Source: Hydrurus foetidus (taxonomy: Eukaryota). Taken from it: a stretch of 20,000 nucleotides of DNA. Position 1 is the stretch's first letter, and every line of letters begins with the position of its first letter. Shown piece after piece: positions 10,400 through 20,000 of this stretch. A model generated the notes under the pieces. The model was not told the DNA's origin and made no database searches. It saw nothing but the letters and a program-made list of their open reading frames with translations. The stretch covers positions 50,281-70,280 of the forward strand of contig UYFQ01000078.1 in NCBI GenBank assembly GCA_900617105.1, read 5' to 3'. Position numbers and translations under genes: made by a program.

Positions 10400-13300
10400 A
10401 ATGCCCAGAATTCATTTTCCGCCGCAATTAGTGGTCTCCAACTCTGTGTAGCCCGACTGTCACAACAGACTGAAAAATGCACACAAAACACTATCAACGG
10501 AACGTACGATACTGCAAAACTGTACGCACGCAATATCGAATTAATAAGAACCGTTCAGCTAACGGCTAATTTAGCCGATCCGGCTAGAAGAGAAACAGTA
10601 AACGACAAAATACAGTTCCGAAACTTATTACCATATGAGAAGAAAATGAATCGAAAACTAAGCGATAAAATAGAAAATTTTGAATATGCTTTAAAAAGTT
10701 CAAAAAATCAAATATCTAGACCGTGGGAAAACTTGAATATTTCATGTTCAATTCCAAATATGAAAAGCAGGACGGGAACTCAAATTAATGACGAGAATAA
10801 GAATAGAAGCAAAAATGAAAATGATCATGACAATTATAATGAAAATGAAAATGAAGAATATTTGATTATGAAAACACCCGGTACCGTGGGTCATATTCCA
10901 GAATCTGATTTAAATGTCGATCATAAGATGGACAGAGCAAACTCCCATACTCCATCTCATTCTTCGAAATTGTTTTTCTCACCAGCAAATATTTCTCTAC
11001 CTTCTCCATCCCCTTCAAAATCAAACCCAACTTCAACTTCAAGTGCGTCATATTTTTTATATTCGGAAGTATTATCCATGACGGAGAAAATACGAAAATG
11101 TAGACGCACTTTGGATTTAATGAATGACAGTGTTTCTATGTTGGAAGTCGGGAAAGAATATTCGGATAGAAAGAACGCAGTTAATGCTGTGCTAAATAAT
11201 AGTACTCGTGATGACGAATATTCAGAAAGTTTCGAACATGATGAATTCGTACGCTTGAAAAATAACAGTGACAGCAATGATGACGACACGAAAGGTGATC
11301 AAATAAGTACACGAACATCAACAGTAACATCAACAGTAACGACACCAATTGTGGCAACAGAAAAAAAGAAAGGAAAGACAACAAATTTTACTGCACCGGA
11401 TGACGATGATGAAGAAGATTGGATATTGATAAACGAGGAACATTCCTCAAGAAATACATTCGCTCCAGAATGTTCCCTACTCCAATTATTCGATAAATTA
11501 GATTTAACATTATCTTCAGACACTTCAAATTTAAAAAATAAAATACAAGAGAATGAAAATTCTGGAATCAAAGTCCTGAGTCCCATGGCGATGATCGGTC
11601 TACAAAATGTGAATTCTGGAAATTCTCAAAACAAGTACGCACGTGATTCTGCTCTCAGCAAAAATGCGTCGGCTCCTTCGTATGATTTAAATTTGAAAAT
11701 TCCGAATCGTGGAGGGGGCAGAGAAAGAGGTAGAGATAGGATAGGAGAAGAAGAAGAAGAAGAGAATGATGGTGAATATAAGAAATTGGACGGAAGCCGT
11801 ATAGATTCTATCAGTGTAGGTGAACGGAGAGGTAGTGAAAGAGGGAGAGGCGGGAGAGGGATACGTTTGTACGAATCGTTTCCCATGTCCCCCACGGCTA
11901 ATATCGGCCATATCCTGCCAATTGATAGTAATGATGCCAATACTGATGATGCGAAAATAAAAAATATGGATCTGAGAAGAAGCGTGCAGTCGGGTGATTA
12001 CAAAAATCAAAATTCGAACGAAAATGAAAATGAAAATGAGACTGACATTTTGAATTCGGATGGTGACACTAATGACGATAATGTAAATCGAAATATCATA
12101 AAACAAAGAAATTGCCTCGCAAACGAAAGAATGAAAAGAAAGAACGTCTGGAATAGAATGATTGCGAAAACTTTGATTTCGGATGTTTCCATATCGCAAG
12201 TTTCTCCATTACGGATTTCAGCAAACACTGAAAACATCGAATATTGGTCACATATTAAATCACACGTCAATGCCGATTTTCCTGTCGAAACCCACAGCAA
12301 TCGTAATGACAAAGCTGCTGATGAAAGTAATGGTGTCCATTCTAAAAAGCTGTCAGAGACTGCCATGTTCGGTCATGCATACAATGCTTTCGAGAACTTC
12401 CGAGATAAAAAAGAGAACACAAAAAACGAAAACACTAAAAACGAAAATTTGACGGGAACTCTGAGTAGAAAATCTTCAATTGGAAATATAGAAGATAGAT
12501 CAAGTGATGGTATTCCTTCTTCATTTTCCACATTGAGCTCTATTCCCAATTCAGAACCTCAATCCTCTTCCAATCTTGGATCTGAAGCAACATCTTCAGA
12601 TGTTCAAGTCACAATGAATAGATTTCTTTTTCGTAGGTCAAATAAGGAATCCAATTCAAATTCGCCTTTTCCTGCTTCTTCTATTTTTTCTTCGACAAAA
12701 AATTTTGATCCTCCACTTACCGTGGCCGAAAAAGTTGACAAACCATTTTCTTTTCCTGATACTACAAAAACGGACAAAAATAATGTACATTCTGGTGTTG
12801 AAAAAGAAGAAGAAAGTAAAAATCCAGTGGGTGACAAAACAATCAGAAAAAGAAAAGATGATTCTATAGGAGATCTAAAAGATGAAAAAGAAAAGGAAAA
12901 AGAAATAATCAGTGCACCTGCAAAAACTGATTCCAGTGCTGAAAATAAATCCGAAACCGTAAAAACAGATTCTACCGTTTTACCCGCTGCCGTAAGTACG
13001 AGCACGGATGACAATACCCGTACGTTCTCTCAACAGGTTCATTCTTTTTACGAAAAATACAATCCAACGAAAATTCACGAAATACCGAAATTACTTGAAA
13101 AATATAAAGGACAGGAACAAGATTTAATTCGGAAACTGGAAAAAAAATATGGAGTAGAAAGTGGTAGCAGTTTGTTTGTCGAAAATTCGAAAAATAACAT
13201 CGTAGGTGGCACAGAAATAAAAGGAGCAGTGCAAAATAATGAAGAAAAAAATACTATTTTTAGTGGAATTAAAAGTCCAGGATCCATTTTTTCGCCCTCT

Positions 13301-16300
13301 ACGACTTCTGGTAAGATATATCGTATTATTCCGGTTTGAGACGTTTTCCTGTTTTTTCGTTGCGGCTTACTAGAAGCTTTCTAACTCTAATTTCCTTGAA
13401 ATGTTGAGATGTTATTCGAAGTCATTCTCAACATCTTTTAGGAGATAAAATTATTGAATTTGTTGTTCTGAACGAATTTGTCTCATCGCCTTGTGATTTT
13501 ATTACGAACATTATTTTCGGACACGAATTTTATCTTAAATTTTACAATATGACTCTCCGCATGAAATGTTGTTATACTTATATTTCACATTAACTGTCGT
13601 GAGACACCTTCTATCGTATATTTTCGAAAAACAATCTTGGCTATCTTATTTATTATTATATGTCATTCTGATTCATGTACTGCGTTACTTCACACGATGC
13701 ATGACACTCCAAGCAGTCACAGTATCTCCATGTTAAGACTCGATTTCGTAACTGTCCTCTATCTCGTTTATCCATTCCAAATACCGATTATTATTTCTTT
13801 AATGATAACAGCATTTTTCCTTTCGATTTACAGGTCTTAATACAGCGATACAGACCCCAGAAACGATCACTCCGCTTGTCGTAAGTACGAGCACGGATGA
13901 CACTACCCGTACGTTCTCTCAACAGATTTACTCTTTTTACGAAAAATACAATCCAACGAAAATTCACGAAATACCGAAATTACTTGAAAAATATAAAGGA
14001 CAGGAACAAGATTTAATTCGAAAACTGGAAAAAAAATATGGTGCTACTAATTTTAGTAGTGGATTCGCAACGCCTAGTGCTCCGTTCAATAATTCAGATA
14101 GCACAACACCGATTGATATCACTAAATCCGGTTGGGGAAATAATGTATTCTCATCCCCCACACCAACAAAAGGAATCGGACCGGGATCTGGAATTAATTT
14201 AAATTCTGGTCCAGGTTCCTCCCCCCTTTCATTATTTGGGACAGGAGGAACCGGGACGAGTACCCCCACCCCCTTTGCCGTCCCGTTCACCGGTCCACAG
14301 TCCGCATCCCATGGGCAATTATTGTCCAGTACAAATATTGCAGGTAATGTTTCTCCCCACAAAGGAATTGTGCAGGGATATTGTGAGGGATCTGCTTCTA
14401 CATTCGGCTCACACGGTATAAGTGGCGGGATATCTCCCTCTATATTCTCTCCCGGTATAACTTCTCCTAGCGGATTGTTCCGCGGCAATGTTTCCTTAGG
14501 AGAAACTCCAACCCGCCCCCCTAGCGGATTGTCCACCCCCTTTGGAACGGCCCCGGCTGGACCGGGTTTAGGGGGCGTTGGGATAAACTCTGGGGGCACG
14601 GGTCTTTTTACAGGCCAGAATACTGGGGGTCTTTTTGGTGGCAATCAAACGCCGCCTAGGCCGCTTTTAGGTATCTGTGGGACAACTTCAGTGGGCGGGT
14701 CTACCGGATACATCCCGTCGATTACGGCCATGACTCCCGGTATGACACGATTTCATCTGTGATTTCTTATCTCATGTCACTTCAAATACGTCACTTTCCC
14801 AAGTGTTGTATTTTTTTATTAATGTCAAGCTGTATTTTTCATGAGATGTGTGCTGTATCAGTTAATTTCTTCCGCTGATTTCCGCTGTGCTACACCGAAC
14901 AATAACAGTATCAGTCACCTGCACAATTAAATGATGTTCAAGGAGCACATTAATTTTACTTATCATTACAGTTTGACAAATATCCACTTTACTACACTTT
15001 TAGGTGTGGGAGTTAGTGGCATTGCTAGTCCATTTAATGCACAAAATATGAACAGGGGAAACCGTTTATTCGGACAAAATACGACTATCAATACACCCTC
15101 TATATTCGGGGCTCCGGCCAACACTTTTACCCCCGGAACCGGAACCGGCCAGACTTCAATTTTCGGAAATAATCAGTCGCCGGGGTCTTTTGGCACGAAC
15201 ACAAATACGGGATTTGACAACAACTTTGCAAAACAGGTTTACTCTTTTTACGAAAAATACAATCCAACGAAAATTCACGAAATACCGAAATTACTTGAAA
15301 AATATAAAGGACAGGAACAAGATTTAATTCGAAAACTGGAAAAAAAATACGGCGTCGCTTCTCCCGTAACTAACACATTTGGACAAACTACGGCCACATT
15401 CGGCCAATCAGCTGCTACTCCCTTTGGGGCTCAATTACCTCTTGGCGGGGTAAGCGGAAATTCGACTCCATTCGGCCAACAAAGCACATCCACATTTGGA
15501 CAAATTAATGCACTCGCTCAGTTTGGACAGAAACCTGCACAGACCCCTTTTGGACAAACAGGCGCTACGACCTTTGGTCTACAAAGTCAAACAAGTTCAG
15601 CAACACCATTTGGCCAGACACCTTCAGCTTTTAACCACTCTCCGGTATTATTCGGCCAATCTGCAATTACACCTACCGCAACCTTCGGTCAAACTACACC
15701 GTCATTCGGCCAAGCAATCCCCTTTGGGGCCCAGTCCAATGCGAGTCCCTTTGGGGCCCAAACCAATACGAGTCCCTTTGGGGTTCCATCCCCAGTCAGT
15801 ACCTTTGGGTCCCAGTCCAGCGTGACACCCTTTGGGGCCCAGTCCAGTTTAACTCCCTTCGGGGCCCAGACCAATGCGAGTCCCTTTGGGGCCCAAACCA
15901 ATACGAGTCCCTTTGGGGTTCCATCCCCACTCAGTTCCTTTGGGGCCCAGTCCAGCGTGACACCCTTTGGGGCCCAGCCCGGCGCCACTCCCTTCGGGGT
16001 CCAGACAAATGCGAGTCCCTTTGGGACCCAGTCCAGCGTGACACCCTTTGGGGCCCAGCCCGGCGCCACTCCCTTCGGGGCCCAGACCAATGCGAGTCCC
16101 TTTGGGGCCCAGCCCGGCGCCACTCCCTTCGGGGCCCAGACCAATGCGAGTCCCTTTGGGTCCCAGTCCAATGTAACTCCCTTTGGGGCCCAGCCCGGCG
16201 CCACTCCCTTCGGGGCCCAGACCAATGCGAGTCCCTTTGGGTCCCAGTCCAATGTAACTCCCTTTGGTGCCCAGCCCGGCGCCACTCCCTTCGGGGCCCA

Positions 16301-17153
16301 GACCAATGCGAGTCCCTTTGGGTCCCAGTCCAATGTGACTCCCTTTGGTGCCCAGCCCGGCGCCAGTCCCTTTGGAGTTCCATCCCCAGTCAATTCCTTT
16401 GGGTCCCAGTCCAGCGTGACTCCCTTTGGAGCCCAAACCAATGCGAATCCCTTTGGAGTTCCATCCCCGGTCAGTTCCTTTGGGTCCCAGCCATCTGTGA
16501 CACCCTTTGGGGCCCAGCCCGGCGCCACTCCCTTCGGGGCCCAAACCAATGCTAGTCCCTTTGGGTCCCAGTCCAGCGTGACACCCTTTGGGGCCCAGAC
16601 AAATGCGAGTCCCTTTGGGGTTCCATCCCCAGTCAGTTCCTTTGGGTCATCTGTGACTCCCTTTGGGTCCCAGTCATCTGTGACACCCTTTGGGGCTCAA
16701 CCTTCTTTTGGCAGCGTTAGTGGAAGTACCACACCATTCGGATCTTCTCTCCCCTCCGCATTTGGTACTCAACTCGGAACAGCAGTTCAATCCGGGACGT
16801 CAACCCCCTTTGGGGCCGGGGGCCATGGGGGATCAACAACCCCATTTGGGTCCCAGTCTGGGACAACGACCCCTTTTGGTGCGTCATTAACTGCAGCACT
16901 AGGCGGTGGTTTCAGAAGTACTCCGAGTTTTGGGGGGACGTCTCTAGGGGTTACATCTGGATTTGGGTCCGTTACCCCCTCTTTTGGGGGCCAGACTATG
17001 GGGTCAGGAACGGGGACGGACCTTGGACTTTTTGGGGGGGCAACTGCCGGTCAACAGTCGACCCAACAACCCCTTTTTGGATCGACTGCTGTAATTGGTG
17101 CTCAGTCTGGTAGTACTTTATTCGGAGTTACTCGACCTGCCTCTCGTTGGTAA
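10400..17153 (+). CDS. Nup214/Nup159-like FG-repeat nucleoporin (coiled coil, disordered linker, PFG/GLFG tail)
   Basis: Exons 10400-13310, 13834-14739 and 15004-17153 (TAA), joined by phase-1 GT-AG introns. The frame is open upstream of the annotated ATG at 10646 back to an acceptor at 10399 with a CTAAT branch site near 10370. LYSEVLSMTEKIRKCRRTLDLMNDSVSML (11057-11143) resembles, from recall, the Nup214 coiled-coil segment [29 protein letters not shown]. The C-terminal ~700 aa contain dozens of PFG/SFG/TFG/LFG motifs. The FG-nucleoporin call is strong; Nup214 orthology is moderate. Confidence 0.75.
13043..13150 (+). repeat. 36-aa helical module, copy 1 (SFYEKYNPTKIHEIPKLLEKYKGQEQDLIRKLEKKY)
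   Basis: 108-nt coding unit repeated at 13932-14039 and 15243-15350. Copies 1 and 2 also share about 50 nt upstream (VSTSTDD.TRTFSQQ; 12992 vs 13881). Confidence 0.95.
13932..14039 (+). repeat. 36-aa helical module, copy 2
   Basis: Differs from copy 1 only at one synonymous site (CGA vs CGG). Confidence 0.95.
15243..15350 (+). repeat. 36-aa helical module, copy 3
   Basis: Differs from copy 2 only in the last codon (TAC vs TAT, synonymous). Confidence 0.95.
15719..16700 (+). repeat. Coding minisatellite, ~27-nt unit (PFGAQTNAS / PFGAQPGAT / PFGSQSNVT / PFGVPSPVSS) with higher-order structure
   Basis: Tandem ccctttggggcccag... units. The 81-nt triplet PFGAQPGAT-PFGAQTNAS-PFGSQSNVT is repeated three times in a row at about 16098-16340. 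Confidence 0.95.
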
Positions 17154-17660
17154 TTATGTAAATATCGAATTTGTATATATTTTGCTTCATCTGTGTACTT
17201 TTTCTCTCAAGATTGTTTAAGTTGTTGATATTTCTACTACCAATTATATGGAAATTTTACGGATACTCATATTATAATTGTTGGCGATAGCATTAGAAAA
17301 ATTACTTCGTTTCGAATGCAGCACGAGGCTTCTCCAGCAATTCTTATCTTCAGTCTTCGGTGCGGCAGTTTCAGAGTAGAAACAGAAACCCTTCAGTATA
17401 GAATTTCATTAAAAATTTACGTTTCTACATACGCACGTACCACGTACCCCCTTTGGCCTCCCCTGTGTGCTGCACGCTGCACGTACGAGCACTTTCGAAA
17501 AAAGAAAAGAAGAAAGTTTTTGTTTGACAACGTCGCTCCCTCCTCTCCTGCGATTCGATTTGAAAACCTTCATTCGCTCCGGTTGAGTCGCTAGACAGTT
17601 TGCAAGGCTCAAGCTACAAATCCAGTTCCACTACCTAAACCCACACCTCGCTCTAGAAAG

Positions 17661-19851
17661 ATGTCTGCCGCCCAAGAAGAAGATTTCGTCGATTACGAGG
17701 AGGACGAGGAAACCGCACAGGAAGCAAAAGTAGAGGAGAAAGACACCAAAAAGTAAATACACCATTCCAACTGTTGATGCGGATAGGCTGAGACTAAAAA
17801 TCGTTGTGGCATCGCACGAGATATTGCCAGCTGATCCAAGTTATTTTTCAAGGGCTAGCGACTATTTTAACTCCTTATTCGGACTGGGCCTCTCGTGTCA
17901 CCGCGCTCCCCCTTCAACCCTGATGCCTGCGATCTTATCAAAATAAAAATAGGGGGCACTACGTCGGCATCCACACATCGAATTTTCGGGACTTTATTTT
18001 GAAGCCAGAGTTGTTACGCGCCGTTGTTGACTGCGGTTTCGAGCATCCGTCCGAAGGTTAGTCAAGCCCCCTTCTTCGTCCAATCATCATGGACTGTGGC
18101 CTTCCCGCCTGGTGGAATGTCATTGAGGACGTGAAAAGTCATGGAGTCCAGTGGGGAAGGGATAATTCAAGTCGGTAACACGTTATTAGTGAGAAGCCCA
18201 GATAAGAAGCATAATAGAAAAGGAGATCGAGGAGGGCGGCATCCCACGTGTCAGGCCGGGAATGTCTGAGACTGCCTCAATGTGCGGCTTAATTGCCACA
18301 ACACGGAATAGGCTAATGGTTTTGTGATGAACGTCCAAGCGCGAAAGCGGCTTAGTTGTCGATCGTTTGCATCTAAGACACATCCCAGAATGAAAGCAAC
18401 TCATCCCTTTCCGAGCTCTGCCGAATGTAACGGAGCAATCTGTTTTCGGCATCTGTGACTTCCTTCTCTCGTACCTCGCGGTCGTGCAATCCTGACGAGA
18501 GTCTAGGTTCACCCATCCATCACGTACACCGCACATCATGCACTGTCGCGCTATGCAATGTTGCGCAATCTACAATCACACCATGCAATCGACGACGTGC
18601 TTTGTGTATGCATTCCATGTGCATAATAGCGTCACGACACTTCTGCTAGAGATCGTATCAAATGGGCGATGCCATGTACTTGACTTTACTCGATGATATG
18701 TTTTCTACTCCCTCGCCACTCAAGACTCCGAATTGTGTGCCATCACTTCGAACTATCAAACCCTTACCCATCTCTTGCATTCCTTACAACTGTCTAACCC
18801 TTATCCTAACTCGCCTCACAACTCCTTTCCCTACCCTGTCCCGCATCGCATCACTCTACTCTCCGATTGCTATCAAACGCGCCCCCTCTGTCCACCCCCA
18901 TGCCCCCCCCGTTCCGGCCACCCTTACTCCCGTCATCGTCCTGTTCTCCCCCGCCCGATCTCCTCTTTTCTCTCATCTGCCCCCTCTTCTTCCTTTCCTC
19001 CCTCTTCTCCCTTTCCTTTTCTATCTATCCCGGCTGGTCCTCTCTCGTTCCCACAGTTCAGCACGAATGCATCCCTCAAGCTCTTCTCGGCATGGACATT
19101 ATCTGCCAGGCCAAGTCAGGTATACCTCACATCGTCTTTACCCTAGTCTTCCTCGCTGTATTTTGAAGACCCATCCACACCGTTCAACACATCGGACTTG
19201 ATGTGTCCGATGTCATGGCCTTAGTCTGCACCCTTTTCTTCTCATGGCCGTCACCACGCGCTGCGGCACACACTCCTCCCTCCCTCTCTCCCTTTCATCA
19301 ATGCCTGTATTGCAAGAATACTACAACTCACTTGTCACGACCAGCTGATAACTACCAATCGAAATCCCTTTTTTTTAGATCCACTTCTTGTCATCACTCC
19401 CCCTCACCTACTCTTTGACTGTCGTCTGACCATGATTCCTCACCCTATTCAGGCATGGGCAAGACCGCTGTGTTCGTGCTCGCCACTCTGCACCAACTCA
19501 CACCAGTGGTTGGAGAGTGCCACGTAGTCGTCCTCTGCCACACACGGTAAGTCACTCAGTCAGTCAAATTAATTGGATGTTATGTATTTCCAAAATGCAC
19601 ATGATAACATGATGCACTTTCTTTTCGTATTCTTAAATACGACACTTCGCAACATGTTTGTACGACCTCTTCACACCCACACCACATCATGTGAACAACA
19701 CTTTTCCATACCATCCGCTAACTCTACCTCACTTTAAATCACTATCTTCCTCGTCACCTCATGTTTAGTGAGTTGGCTTTTCAGATTCAAAAGGAGTACG
19801 AGAGATTCTCGAAGTATCTTCCGGACGTGAAGTCCAAGGTCTACTACGGAG
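17661..19851 (+). CDS. UAP56: ATP-dependent RNA helicase UAP56/DDX39/Sub2, 5' partial (continues beyond the window)
   Basis: Exons: 17661-17752 ([17 protein letters not shown]...), 17953-18056 ([35 protein letters not shown]), 19057-19119 ([21 protein letters not shown]), 19453-19546 ([16 protein letters not shown]...VVVLCHT), 19769-19851 ([28 protein letters not shown]). The Q-motif, motif I (AKSGMGKT) and motif Ia (CHTRELA) are diagnostic of the UAP56/Sub2 family. Confidence 0.96.
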
Positions 19852-20000
19852 GTACGTACGTGCGTGTTTTGATTTCTTGATCATTTTGTATTACGTTCGT
19901 GTTGGTGGTATAGGAAAATTGATGGCAAAAACGTATTTTTGTAAAAGTTGAAGTATTTACAATTTTGCTGTTTAGAGCTGTGCCCCACAACGATCTCGAA

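Noticed and set aside
13964..14644. 226-aa minus-strand ORF
   Set aside because: Antisense to exon 13834-14739, whose + frame carries the 36-aa module and FG motifs with valid splice sites.
15689..16549. Long antisense ORFs (WAPKG repeats, 286 aa; GLGPKG repeats, 231 aa; 150 aa)
   Set aside because: Shadow frames of the stop-poor GC-rich PFG minisatellite. The + frame is part of a spliced gene with a coherent FG-nucleoporin sequence.
15719..16700. CRISPR-like appearance of regularly spaced repeats
   Set aside because: No unique spacers. Units are in-frame codon multiples inside a eukaryotic exon, and there are no cas genes.
18324..18362. Hammerhead-ribozyme-like TGATGA...GAAA arrangement
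   Set aside because: The core starts with G instead of C, the stem II closing pair is mismatched, and no proper stem III/NUH or stem I can be formed.
18186..19418. Several ORFs of 64-179 aa inside the UAP56 locus
   Set aside because: They are intronic or low-complexity (C/T-rich) read-throughs. Only 19057-19119 is true UAP56 coding sequence.

Overview
Gene-dense, intron-rich eukaryotic DNA (GT-AG introns, standard code). The overall look suggests a protist, probably a stramenopile, but that is inference. In order: (1) the 3' end of a cyclophilin-type PPIase (+); (2) a complete 8-exon DUF2009/UPF0652-family gene (+); (3) an intergenic gap with two small inverted-repeat/foldback elements; (4) a 3-exon eIF3 subunit F gene (-); (5) head-to-head with eIF3f, a ~9.5 kb multi-exon locus (+); (6) the 5' part of the mRNA-export DEAD-box helicase UAP56/DDX39/Sub2 (+). 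Locus 5 is the main finding. Its first exons are a diverged copy of the neighbouring DUF2009 N-terminus, with the same intron positions and phases. Its later exons encode a Nup214/Nup159-like FG nucleoporin with a coiled coil, candidate LIR motifs, an RG/RGG tract, three nearly identical copies of a 36-aa helical module and a long PFG-repeat tail. An in-frame splice path joins the two parts, which would make a chimeric nucleoporin with a DUF2009-derived domain where the Dbp5-binding beta-propeller normally sits. That junction needs transcript evidence.
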